Shown: positions 39,253-52,900 of the stretch, piece after piece | Layout: the number at the start of each line of letters is the position of its first letter | How positions within the stretch are numbered: the stretch's first letter is position 1 | Assembly (NCBI GenBank): GCA_964016885.1 | Contig: OZ024742.1 | Coordinates: 49,538,001 to 49,602,000 of the forward strand | Reading direction: 5' to 3' | From: Eledone cirrhosa | Lineage: Eukaryota | Length of the DNA stretch: 64,000 nucleotides | Translations under genes and position numbers: made by a program | The notes under the pieces: generated by a model | What the model was told of the DNA's origin: nothing | Seen by the model: only the letters and a program-made list of their open reading frames with translations | The model's database searches: none

Positions 39253-39902
39253 AATATATTCTGTGTATAAATAAATGCAGATATGGCCAAATGTTTAAGG
39301 ATTTTATTTTACAATCTTGAGGTAGCAGGTTCAATTCCATTCCATGGTATCATGGTGATGTGTATTTTACTACAGCTTTAAGTTAGTGCTAGTATTGTGA
39401 GAAAAATTAGATTTACAGAGACTATATAGAAGCCTATTGGGTGGGCTATATCTGTAAGTCAAAGGACAAGCTTAAACACGTTATTCTCACTAATGATTAT
39501 ATTATAGTACAGTTGTTTACTTAACTATTTATACTATAAATTGATAAGTTTGCAGTTAATTTCATTCAAATAATTCCTGCCCTTTCCTTTTTAGCTTTAA
39601 ACATAAGTATGATTGTACACCAAAATATGAGTGTATAACCTACACATGGATGTACACCTTAATATGGTTTTTGCCTCAGAAAATTTGAATATTACGAAAA
39701 CTGTTGTCCCATTGAGTGTTACTTATTCTCAGTTACTGCTCTCCTAGATGAGTTGGCTTCCAAGCAGCTTATTCCCCCTGAAACATTCAAGAATACCTAT
39801 ACTAATTATACATATAGTGATTATATACTCTTACGTTTACAAAAATATACATTTGTTACTATATTTTGTATTGAGAAAGAATAAATTTATATGTGCATGT
39901 AT

Positions 39903-41226
39903 ATCATCATCATCATCATTTTACGTCCGCTTTTCCCTGTTTGCAAGGGTGGGATGGGTCTTATTCAGCACAGCATATCTTCACTCATCACGGTCCTTCG
40001 TCATCTCCACTGTGAGCTTCAATGATCTGAGGTCTGTTCTCACCACCTCCGCCCATGTTTTGCGTGGTCTACCTCTAACACATCTTCCTCCAACTGGCAT
40101 TTCCTGGCACTTCTTCACCCATCGGTCATCCTCCATGCGCATCACATGTCCATACCACCTCAGTCTCCTCTCCTGCACACTACATTCTATCCCTCTCAGA
40201 CACAGTTTCTCTCTCAACACATTTATGCTGGGTCGTTCACGCACATTTACACTGCACATCCAATGGAGCATGCTTGCCTCATTTCTCTCTAGCCGTTGCA
40301 TATCCTCTGCAGTTGCTGCCCATGTCTCACTACCATGCAGCATCGCGCTCCTCACACAGGCATCATACAACCGGCCTTTTGTATGCAGGGAGAAACCCTT
40401 CTTCGTCAACAGAGGAAGCAGCTCCCTAAACTTCTTCCAACCCGTCCTTATTATAGATACTATGGCCTTGGAACACCCTCCTCCCATGCTAATCTGATCT
40501 CCTAGGTACCGGAAGCTATCCACAACTTCTATAGCGCCCTCCTGCATTTGAAAAATGTGTCTATCAATGCGACTTCTACTGTCTAATTTCCCTGTACATC
40601 TGCTGCATACATATTTCTCCCTACCTGTTAGTTTGCCTGCTATCCCGCTACATCTCTTGTGTACCCAGGATCTGCATTGTGTGCATTTTATAGAATTTAT
40701 GCCAGTTCCTTTTCTGCATATCGAACATGGCCATTTCACTGACGGAATCAGGGTTTTGTCCTCTTTTCTACTCATCAACACTTTTGTCTTAGCTAGATTC
40801 ACTCTCAGTCCTCTTGCTTCCAACTGCTGTTTCCATAGCCAGAATTTATTCTCTAGCTCCTCTACTGATTCTGCTATAAGAACCAGATCGTCAGCATAGA
40901 GAAGTTCCCATGGACAGCCAGTCTTAAACTCCTCTGTTATGGCTTGGAGGACTATAATGAATAAGAGCAGACTGAGGACCGAACCCTGATGTACTCCTAC
41001 TTGTATCTGGAATTCCTCACTAAACTCCATTCCTACCCTGACTTTACTAAGAGTACCTCTGTACAAAGTTTGCACTGTCCTCACAAGCCATTCCTCAACA
41101 CCTAGCTTCCTTAGGGACCACTAGATGACAGATCGGGGTACCCTATCAAAGGCTTTCTCTAGGTCAACAAAGGCTAAGTATAGTGGCTTATTCTTCTCTA
41201 AGAACCTCTCTTGCAATTGTCTCAAT

Positions 41227-41230
<4 letters not shown>
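39903..41230 (-). mobile_element. 5'-truncated RTE LINE, family A
   Basis: The 367-aa ORF 39981-41084 is nearly identical to the RT/C-terminus of the 7.2-10.5 kb copy; same 3' end and (GAT)n tail; 5' end abuts (TA)n. Confidence 0.95.
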
Positions 41231-41281
<51 letters not shown>

Positions 41282-41379
41282 CAGATAAATGTGGTCACCT
41301 GACCTGACTTGCCCCAAATGGGACAACCTGTCTAACCCATGCTAGCATCAAAAATAGACTTTAAACAATGGTGATGATG

Positions 41380-41432
<53 letters not shown>

Positions 41433-42599
41433 ATAATAATAAATTTGAAGACTAAAATCCAAATAGGGCTCGATAAGGATAAATATATATCAAATATATA
41501 AGAACCATAGAGCAAATATTTATTAAAATAACAGATTAAAGTTTAAGCAAAGAATCGCTGCTTTCACCCTTAAGGGGATCTTCTGAGACTAACAAAGTCA
41601 ATCTGTAAACGCAGAAGTGGATATTTCAAAAAACGTTGCAACCGGAGGAAGACAGGAAGACGATACTTTGGTTCGTGGAAACGTTCGCTGGCAAAGAACG
41701 CGAAAAACGAATATAATACGTCATTAATAGGAGCGGAGAAAAACAATTACGCGCAAAGACAGAACCACGTTAATGGTATAAAAGAGGTCGTAGACTAATG
41801 TTCTCTTAGGTGGTTCATAGAGACGTTCTCTGGCAATGAACGAAAAAAACGAAGATAATGCGTCATATGTGGAGCGTGGAGAACAATAGCACGCAAAGAC
41901 AAAATCACGTAAATGGCATAGCAGAAGTCGTAGACTAAAATTCTAACTAAGAGATCGAATGAATCTCCGCGACAGAGTTAAGAACAAAGTAAATAAATAC
42001 AATACAGAAGTAATAGAATAAATAAATACATACACGCAAACAAATACGTACATACACAAGCATACACAAAACACTTACCATAGGTATACAAAATCACGCA
42101 CATATAAATATGTGTGTGTGTATGCGTGTATACAAATAAATAAATAATTATATAAACGTATATAAATAAATAAATACGTATATAATAAGCGCACGCACAT
42201 ATCTACAAGTAAATACACGAATGTTCGGAGACGTAAGTCAACCAAAACATGAAGTACACATATACACACACCCTACATACGTACGAACCTGCATACTCAC
42301 ACAGACGCAAAACTCCCGTATACACATAGCCAAACCATATGTACCAGAATATATAAAATTATACGCCATAACATAAACAATCAGATATACGTACGAGAAG
42401 GTATACTTACCTTCACAAAACATACGGGTAATATATACTTACCTATGCAAATAAGTAATGGTATAAACAAAACATATACTTAGCTCCCACGTCAAGACGT
42501 AAAATATCCACGTATAGATCGTACTATCCGTTAGGGTATAATGTGGGGCTGTAATACAGGAAAGTTTTGTGCAATTTATGTTTACAAGCCGAAATTGCC

Positions 42600-42915
42600 T
42601 CAGATTTTTTGTGGCGTAGAGTATTTCCAGGGCCTCAGCGGTGTAGAGGTCACATGGTCTTTTATTTCCGTTATACGATCTAGCCCTAGCTAGGATCTCC
42701 CAGTGTAACTTATATTGGGTGTGGTTGTCTTTTAGACTCCAGATATAAGCTGAAAGTGACGTCATATTCCTTCTTAGAGGGTAACGAAAAGAATGGGTAT
42801 GCATGTAAAGACGCTGCTTGAATCTATTGGCGGTTAACCCTATGTAGGCCCTACGGGACGTGGGTGTTACAACCTTACATTTGTAGACAATGTTACTAGA
42901 GAGGCATTTCCCGGA
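42600..42915 (-). pseudogene. GIY-YIG endonuclease domain of a Penelope-like element
   Basis: GKCLSSNIVYKCKV...AYIGLTANRFKQRLYMHTHSF...TSLSAYIWSLK...CDL.TAEALEIL. The intact C-terminus LNKKSEEISACKHK is read on the + arm at about 42921-43052. Confidence 0.88.
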
Positions 42916-43982
42916 AATGCGCTGAGGCCCTGGAAATACTCTACGCCACAGACCACATCTTAAACAAAAAATCTGAGGAAATTTCGGCTTGTAAACATAA
43001 ATTGCACAAAGCTTTCCTGTATTACAGCCCCACATTATACCCTAACGGATAGTACGATCTATACGTGGATATTTTACGTCTTGATGTGGGAGCTAAGTAT
43101 ATGTTTTGTTTATACCATTACTTATTTGCATAGGTAAGTATATATTACCCGTATGTTTTGTGAAGGTAAGTATACCTTCTCGTACGTATATCTGATTGTT
43201 TATGTTATGGCGTATAATTTTATATATTCTGGTACATATGGTTTGGCTGTGTATACGGGAGTTTTGCGTCTGTGTGAGTATGCAGGTTCGTACGTATGTA
43301 GGGTGTGTGTATATGTGTACTACATGTTTTGGTTGACTTACGTCTCCGAACATTCGTGTATTTACTTATAGATATGTGTGTGCGCTTGTTATATACGTAT
43401 TTATTTATTTATATACGTTTATATAATTATTTATTTATTTGTATACACGCATACACACACATATTTATATGTGCGTGATTTTGTATACCTATGGTAAGTG
43501 TTTTGCGTATGCTTGTGTATGTACGTATTTGTTTGCGTGTATGTATTTATTTATTTCTATTACTTCTGTATTGTATTTATTTACTTTGTTCTTAACTCTG
43601 TAGCGGAGATTCATTCGGTCTCCTAGTTAGAATTTTAGTCTACGACTTCTGCTATACCATTTACGTGGTTTTGTCTTTGCGTGCTATTGTTCTCCACGCT
43701 CCACATATGACGCATTATCTTCGTTTTTTTCGTTCATTGCCAGAGTACGTCTCTATGAATCACCTAAGAGAACATTAGTCTACGACCTCTTTTATACCAT
43801 TAACGTGGTTCTGTCTTTGCGCGTAATTGTTTTTCTCCGCTCCTATTAATGATGTATTATATTCGTTTTTCCCGTTCTTTGCCAGCGAACGTTTCCACGA
43901 ACCAAAGTATCGTCTTCCTGTCTTCCTTCGGTTGCAACGTTTTTTGAAATATCCACTTCTGCGTTTACAGATTGACTTTGTT

Positions 43983-44033
43983 AGTTTCAGAAGATCCCGT
44001 TAAGGGTGAAAGCAGCGATTCTTTGCTTACACT
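43983..44033 (+). ncRNA. Variant hammerhead-like fold in the Penelope arm (mirror copy 41540-41590, minus strand)
   Basis: Two-arm consensus AGUUU-CAGAAGA-uCCC.uuaaGGGu-GAA-AGCA gcgauucuu UGCU-U-AAACU: all three stems present, core has U4A. Confidence 0.5.
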
Positions 44034-44053
44034 TTAATCTGTTATTTTAATAA

Positions 44054-44102
<49 letters not shown>

Positions 44103-45242
44103 ACCATAAATATAAGTGCTGGCTAATTTGAAATTCTTTAGAAAATGTAGTAATCTCACACACAGAAAATAACTGCAACAATAGTCAACTGGTAAAAGTA
44201 ATAGCTTAGAAAATCAGATAAAATCCCTCTAGGGACAGAGAGTGTGTGAGAGAGAGAGAGAGAGGGGGGGGGAGATGTATATATGTGTATGTGTTTATCC
44301 ATATATATATTATCTATATTCCTGTTGGATGTGCCTTTTACAGGTATAATGAAACACTATTCTATCAATATCAATTTGTTTTAATCTTGCAAATTTTACA
44401 CCTATTTAGTTTGAAATCTTTTCTTTATTCCACACCTTTCTATTTTTTCATCAAATTTATTTTTCTGTCAAGACTACATGGATTTTTAACCTTTTTGCCT
44501 TGATGCAAAGAAAAATTTTAAAATAAAATCAATAAAAAGAAATAAAAATATCCCTTATAATCAATAGTAAACTAATTTCTTATATTTTAGTCATTTTCAT
44601 TTGTTGAGAAAATTTCTTAGTATTTCTTTATAATATTGTAATTTTATCATTCTTTAAAATTTGTGTCCCTATACATTCTTGATTATTTAAAAAATATTTT
44701 TTTAATGATTTTTGACTTTATATTTACTATTCTTGAATAAATAGAATTTTCATTTTTAATGAAGAATTTTAATATATTTCTTGTTTCTTTCATTGTTTAA
44801 TCCATGTTTATTCTTAGTTTTTGACGTGAGAAGTTTGTAAAGAAAGCATTAAAACAAGTGTATGAAGTAAGAATGTGAATCAAAAATAAATAAAAGAACA
44901 TATAGAAATTATTCCATGACAGGGCAACATGTTAATAAAACAGCAATGACATTAAAATAGCAAGTTTTTTAAATAGGATTTTAGTATTTTAGAATTTTAG
45001 GAAGCCTATTTCTCCAAATATTTTCAAGTCAGGTTATTCTCGCATATTTAGTCATACTTAAATATGTATGCATACATCCATATATCCATCAAGTACATTT
45101 GTATATATGTATGCAGAGAGAAAGACTGCACTCTATTGTGTGTGTCAGGGTGCATCCATCTTTCTATTATGGCATAATTTGGGTATATATTATGTGCTTG
45201 TGTTTCTTTATATATATATATATACAAACTAAGGGAAATGGA

Positions 45243-45410
45243 CATCATCATCATCATCATCATCATCATTTTACGTCCGCTTTTCCCTGCTTGCCAAGGT
45301 AGGACGGTTCATATTCTTGTTGTGCGATTGCTTGATGACAGTCGCGGGGTTCTTGACACATGGCTGCACTAGTCACCCCACTACCATGCACAGCCCTAAC
45401 ATGGACAATA
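45243..45410 (-). mobile_element. Short RTE-type 3' end fragment
   Basis: (CAT)n followed by TTTTACGTCCGCTTTTCCCTG, as at the family A 3' end. Confidence 0.7.
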
Positions 45411-46922
45411 TATGAATATATGATGAGGATTAAGATATATATATGTGTGTGTGGTGTATGTGTGTGTGTATATATGTATGCATAAATGCAAGACAACATG
45501 TTGTGTCCCAGTATTTCATTTATGTACATACATTTTCTATAGCCTTGTAGTCATTCTTTCCCTTTAATCACATCTGTTTTATGTTGTATTTTTTTGTTAT
45601 TATATCTTTGCTTTTCACCTTGATACCATTATATTATTCCTGGGGAAATGTCCATGGATTCTTTTTGCTTGTGCAATTCTATTGCTCCTATCTAACTTAA
45701 CTGTCAAAAACAGGAGTGTTAGTTTTGGAATTTCATACATTTTATAACATAAGAAACAACAGAGCATAAGAAGATATATTCACACCTTGCTTTGTAGTTT
45801 AGAGTTTAGGATTCTCATTATTACCTGTCAGGCATCATTTAAAGCAGCAAGGATTACATACTGCAAATGAATTATATAAAGATATTCAAGTAAATCAATA
45901 GTTTGTTTTGAGTTTCTAATCTGGAGGTGACATCTATTCTGATTTTTTAAATTGATTTTACAATTATTTTCGTTTCTCAGGATATGTACTATGAACAAAA
46001 ACAAATATTTTCCAGCACATGTATACATCACTCAAATGTATACAGAAAAACAAAATCTGTGGAAGAAAAATAGATATCTGTAGAGAAGTGTTGTGCAAAT
46101 GTTTCATGACAAAAGACAATTTATAATCTATTGCTTCAATTTACTTGAAGTTTTAATGAGAATAATAAATAAACTCTGAATAAGAATTCATGATTAAACC
46201 AAATGATGCTTAGAATAGATAGAATTAATGATTTCTTATGTAAGCATAAGGTCAGTAAATTAGAGGGAAGGGCAAAGTTGATTAGATCATTCCCAGTAGC
46301 TGACTGGTATATTATTTAATCAATCCTGGAATACTGAAACAAAAGTAAACCTCAGTTCAATTTGAATTCAGAATGTAAAGAGCCAGAGCAAATGATGCAA
46401 TAACTTTTTATCTGGCACTCTACTAATTCTACCTTTCATCCGTTAAATTTGATGGGAATAGTTTTAAAAAATTGCAATTTTATTAAATGAACACTATTTT
46501 CTAAAGTTTCATGAGTTAAATCTTAAATGATCTACAAGCATATTAGTACTAAAATGAATATATAATAAACTGTGTTGTATATATGTGTATTTCAATAATA
46601 TATTTCTATGAAACTTAAAACGAAGAAACAGAATGTATATATCTATGTGTAAATGATTTTGCTATGTAAAAGCAGTATGTTTATATGTAGAAATGGTAGC
46701 TATGTAGTGAACATTTTTGTGTATCTATTTGGTGGCATCAATATAGATAACTGTTGACAGCGTGAATTCATAGAAATATAATCTTCAAATGAAAATGCTT
46801 TATCAGTGTGCAAACAAATTTAGTTTCTCTAAATCATATTTTTTAATCATAATAAGAAGCTCACAATATTGAAAATTGTGTCCTATTCTGTATTATGCCT
46901 AAAAGATATGCAACAATACATA

Positions 46923-47236
46923 TTAACCCTTTGAATCCTACACCCTACTACATGTGTGATCTCGGGCTTTAGATATCTGCACAAAATTCACTGGGAAAAT
47001 AAAATATTCATCAATTAAATCTGAAAAAAAAATGAACTTAATGAAATTCATATCAGTACCTTATAAAAGAACTTATGCTAAAGCAATGTTGTAAAACAAT
47101 TGCTGATTTGTGCTGATAGCAATGCAAATAACAGCAGTAAACAGAAACACATGCCAGAATTGAAAACAAAGCTGGCGGGATATAGTCAAACAATATTGGT
47201 ATCGGAATACTAAGCCAGTGGGTTCAATGTGGTTAT
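46923..47236. mobile_element. Possible decayed piggyBac-type MITE (similar candidate at about 23247-23444)
   Basis: TTAA-CCCTTTGAATCC start and an imperfect mirror GGGTTCAATGTGGTTA end. Confidence 0.35.
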
Positions 47237-47297
47237 GAGGGTTGATTAGTAATTGTGCTTATTTCATTGACCCATAAAACACACAAACTAGTTCATA

Positions 47298-47382
<85 letters not shown>

Positions 47383-49601
47383 CTCTCTCTCTCTTGTAAT
47401 GGCCTGTGTTTTTCGTGCCTATATAAACTTGTGCAAACATATATATTGTATTTATTTTGATAATTTCTTTTTTTTTTACAAAGAATGAAATATTTGTAAT
47501 TAAATTAGCATCCTGGCTTATCTTTGAATGTAGTGGGAATACATTTAATTGATAATTAAAGCTAAGATGGTGCAAAGATAATTTCATTTGATTGGAAGAG
47601 CCAATAATGTTGTAGCTATAATCAGAATAAAACATGCTGCTATTTAGTTTTAGATTTTGTCTTTTTAAAGAAACACAGTTATCTAATTGATTTCTTTACA
47701 TTTACTGATATAAATTTCTTTCTTATTTCTTATAACTGCACTTGATGTGCACTGTTGATTGACTCTGTGACGACTTTGATTGCCTCAGTTAATAAAGTAC
47801 CAGACAATCTGCTAAGATGTCAATATTTTCAATGCTGCTCCAGCATTGGGTTTATAAGGTACTACTCTTAACTCTGCATACCCTTTGTCTAACTAGCAAT
47901 AAATATATTTCACTGCTTTAAGCAGTTAATCTCTGCAAAATTTCCAAGTGTTTCATTAACTTCCAGTGCTAATTTAATGTCTTCCTATAAAGAATTAATA
48001 CTTGGAGAGGAGATGGGCCCTGCCAAGCATTTCAAAAGTCCACTGAAATGCCATGCTCATTGGCCTGCCTCCAATCTAAAGTAAGGATTGCCTCTTGTAT
48101 ATTTATCACTACAGAAACCGAAATTATGCTTCAGATATTGAATATTTGCTGAAGAAAAAACCTGCATGCATTATGCTGTTGTTATTCCTGCAATCTTAAA
48201 ATGTGCATTACAAAATAAAGCGACATTGCAATACGATGTGCTATATTTGTGTATTGAGCATATAAAAAAGATAGGGACGAATACTTGAAGTGTTTTTTTC
48301 TTGCTGTAGTGATATGGAATATTGTAGTGACAGAAAGGTATCAAATTATCTGAAAGCCAGGCCATTGGTTGATATGCTACAGGTTAAAGTAATGCAAAGA
48401 GAGGTTGCACATAAGAAAATGTGAATCATTACAAATAAAATGGAATTACTGAAGAGAAGCAAGATTATCAAGCAATAAATATCTATGATTTTGTTGACTA
48501 AGGAAGAACCTTCACCACCACCCCTGTTAACAATGACCTTTACTTATGCTATCAAGAGAACTCTACTTGTAAACAAAACAAATAACAATCAGCCAACAAA
48601 CGCAATAAAAACCAAGAAAGATACTAAAGAAAATAAAAGTGCTTGCCAATGCAAAGGAAACTAAACCAAACCAAATATTAAACAGGGCTATCAGAAATAT
48701 TGTTTTTTATTGTCATAGAACACCACTAAAGAGAACAAACAGGTAAGTAGCTGACTGAGAGTACTTGTAACTGAAGGTAATGGGAAGATGCGATAGAGAG
48801 GGGTAGAAACAGGCAGACAGAGAGCAGGAGGAGAGAGAGAAGGAGTGATAGGCAAATAGACAAAGAGAGGGAGAAGGAAGAGCGGGTGAAGGTTGAGAGG
48901 ATGGGGTGAGAGACAAACAAGCAGTCAGACAGAGAAAAGAAAGATTGTTTAATAATTGTTTCTATTTTTGGCACAAGGCCAGCAATTAACCAGTACATTG
49001 CTGGTACTTTATTTTATCGACCCCATAAGGATGAAAGGCAAAGTTGACCTCGCAGGGATTGAACATTGCTGAGTTTGAGGGGAGGGATGATATTTTAATA
49101 ATGAGATGGAATTGTTTTTGTGATGCGTGTGTCTGGGGGTATGTGTATGTGATGGAGTGAGTGTTTGAATGAGGCAGAGATGATACTTAAATAATGGAAT
49201 AGAATTGTTTGTGTGTGGTGTGTGTTAGAGTGAGACAAACAGGGAGACAGCTAGATAGACTAAGAGGGTGAAGAAGAATTAAATATGATGAAAGGGATAA
49301 AGTGCTAATATTATTAAAAGAGAAAGAGATTGTTTTGATCAGAAAATATTTGTTGAGCAGCAGGGTTAGAAAGATATTGTAAGAGTAGATGAAGGAAAGA
49401 AAGTGAAATGCATTAAAAACCAATTGTAGAAAGAAAGACGTGTCTTGTTGGAAGAGACATTAAATCTAAGAAATTGATGAAGAGATACATCCCACACTCC
49501 ACAAAAAAATGAAACTTATTAAGGCCTAATCGATAGTTGTTAGGAAACAATTGGAGTATGAGGAAGGGGAGAAATTGTTTGAAAATAAGGAGCCAAGGAT
49601 A

Positions 49602-49736
<135 letters not shown>

Positions 49737-49886
49737 ACACACATATATATGAAAGAGAGAGAGAATGATGAAATATAAATGAAAAGAAAGCAAAATGTGT
49801 AAGACTGTGGTTGTATTTGAAATGAAAAGCAAAGAAAATGCTTATTATGAAGAGAATTTCAGTTATGGCATGTAAAGCCAGAGGAA

Positions 49887-49951
<65 letters not shown>

Positions 49952-52900
49952 AAAGAAAAAAAAGACACAATAAATTACCAAGAACTGAAATAGAGAAACA
50001 AATAGAAGAAAAGCTAAATATCCCAAAACTGTAAAACAACTGTAACAACAAAGCACTCTCAAATCAAGCAAATCAACAAACCAACTTTCTTCTGTGCTTT
50101 CTTTTCACCAGGATTCTATGTCTCTTTCATTCTTTTCTTTTCTTCGCCATGAATTACCAAGATTATGCCACTCAATTTAGAATTCCTGATATTCCAAGAA
50201 AGTTAATTTGCACTCTTTTTCCATCTCTCTTCCAATTACCTTCTCTTAGCCTGGTTGTTGTATCTTTTTTTGTTTTATTTTGTTTTAACTTGTTTTACTT
50301 ATTTCATTTTTACTTTTTCTATTTACATTTTCATTACCTCTTTATAACTCTACACTCAAGGAGTTTTATTGGATTCTCTCTTTTTGTCTACCTGACTTTG
50401 TCTTTCTATTCTCTTGCTTGCTGTTTCATGCCTTTACTGTCAACATTCTGTTCTCTGCCAACATTCTTAAGCTATGACTTTAAATGTGTCTGTTCTACCA
50501 ATATTTTGTTTACTTTCTCAATCACACTGCCAAGCTACCTGACTATATACATTACTTACATATCACCCCTTTGTGTCTCTAGTGTTCCTTCTTTTTATGT
50601 TAAACTTACACAATGTCACATACATTTTCTTGGGACCTAAACATTGTCTAATGTAATATTTTCTATCATCTCTCAAAGAAAAATATAAAGCTTGATGGAT
50701 CAATTAATATATGAATGGGCCTACATTCCATCATGTAACTATTATATTTCTGATGATATATGGAAATCCAAAACCATTTAAAAATGACATTTATCTTAAA
50801 TGAATTAATTATTTGATTTTTGGCATAGTCCCTTTCTCATAAAAGCCTTGCAAATTACAAAATATTGTGTAACTTATTATCATATATGCATTTATGTACA
50901 AGTATGCTTGGACATTTAGTGTTTCTTTCTTTCTTCAAAGTAGAAACTGTGTGTGTGTGCATGCATGTACGTGTGTTTGTGTTTCTACATGTGAAAGTGT
51001 GTGTGTATGATGTGCTTAGGTTTGCATGTATTTCTGCAGGATTGTAGATTTGATGTTGACCAAATGAGGAGAGAAGGTTGTTTTAAATGGATTGCCAGAC
51101 AATAAAATTATAACTAGAAATACTGCTTCATCTCTAGAGTTTGAAGTGTTTCTTTTATGAGAACTATTGATGTTTTAATGCAGTGACCTATCTGTGGGAA
51201 TTAATAATGGTAGAAGAAGATGAAATATGAGAAAGGACAAGTAGTAGCAAAGGGAGAAAGTCCCCTCTGAGATAGCATAAAAGAAATATGGCGAAATGAA
51301 TGAAATACACCATTTTTATGGCAAAAATCACTTTGTGTTTCATAGTTAACAGTTTTATAAATGTTATGTGCCAGTGGTGAATACCATCATAGTTTAAGAG
51401 TGATTGGTTACAGTTGCTGTGGAACTTTTGACGTCTGATTTAGTTGCTTTCATCACTATTTCCCCTCTTGACTTCACTTGTAATATAAATCTTTTATAGC
51501 TTTTTGATACTACATAAGCAATGAAAAATGAAGCCACCTGATCAGTCTTCCATATTTCCACCTTTTATGACATGTAACCTATCAGTAATATATTCATTGA
51601 TATGTCACTTTTGATAGAATTTAGGTGTTAAGAAAGACATTTAATGCTATTCTTTTAATTAAAGTTAGAAGTCAAACAAAACATGTTATAATTATACAAT
51701 TGCATCAGACACCATTTACATACTATTTATTATCTTCTACTGTAATCTATAAGAAAAGGTTTTGCATTTTTTATTATGACTTTTTGTTGCTGGTGAAAAA
51801 AAAAGTTATTTCCTAAGGGAAAGAAGAACGGCTTGGATCAACATCATCATCATTATTTAACATCAGTATTTAACATCTAGTAAGGATTGGACAGGTTATC
51901 ACAGACTCAATAAGTAGTTAATCAGAACCACTAACCTTTCAGATGAGCTGGTAGCCTCATCACACTTTTCCTAATGTTACAGAATATACTGGGTGTGTTT
52001 TATCATAACAGCAGCAATAGGGCAGTTGTCATGTTTTTAAAAGAAGAGAACAGTGTTCTCGACAGTTGATTGACAAGTTTTCTATGGCTGGATGCCTTTC
52101 CTATAACCAACTCTTTTTAATGGGTATGTCTTATTGGGAGATCAACACTGGCAAGTTTGGACCCTTGAAACAAAAAAAAAACAAAAAAAGAACCTCTCAG
52201 TGTTGCAAGGTTGTTCTTTTTATTATAGCTGGATACACTTCATGATACCAATCACTTTATAGGGTGTACTAGATATATTTCTCAGGACCCCAACACTAGA
52301 GAGGATGTTGATCATTGACTAAGCTGGACAGCCTTCTCTATCTTATGGAGGTGGGATGATGACTTACTCCAAGTGAGATGTATTTAGTAAGGGGGAAGGT
52401 AAGACTGATGATATTGTTAGATAAGTAGCAGTAGGTGGATGAAAATGGCAGAGGACAGGTATGAGGAACAGATTTAAAGGGGTCAACCTGAAAAGAGTTC
52501 CATGCTATGGTGTTAAGAAAATGAGGAATAGATGAATGATTTTTGAGAGCTGTGCAAACCATCAGAGGAGCTGTCAAGAAATGAAAGATAGCAACAAATG
52601 TAGTGAGAAATTTAGTGTTTGTGTTGTATATACTATCCTTTATTACACAGGCATCATAATGGAAAATAGTTATATAATCAAGCTTCTGCACACATACTGT
52701 CGACGAAATTTCATTTATAAATTATTAGCCAAACTGAGGCTCTAGTAGAAATCATTTCCTCAAAATGTTGCTCAGGGGAATCAAACCTAAAGCCATGTAG
52801 TTGTGAATCAAACATTTTAACCATACAGCCATGTTTGTATCTATTTAATATTTATGAAACTATAGAAGTAAAGTTTCAAATTACTTCTGTCAGTGAAATT

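Larger units (their letters stand above)
41440..44057. mobile_element. Penelope-like element remnant with inverted pseudo-LTR arms
   Basis: About 41516-42640 is the reverse complement of about 42920-44057; the centre encodes a GIY-YIG endonuclease; both ends lie in TA-rich microsatellite. Confidence 0.88.

Noticed and set aside
39748-40899. Long + strand ORFs (249 aa, 114 aa) and similar ones at 9499-10432 and 31113-32207
   Set aside because: Antisense shadows of RTE coding sequence.
42439-43035. 198-aa ORF as an intact nuclease gene
   Set aside because: Chimeric: the N-terminus is antisense sequence of the inverted arm and the C-terminus is frameshifted by a 16-nt deletion; only the middle is genuine GIY-YIG.
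52338-52691. 117-aa ORF, possibly a CR1/Jockey-type 3' remnant (WNS motif)
   Set aside because: Similarity too weak to call by eye; not a credible host exon.
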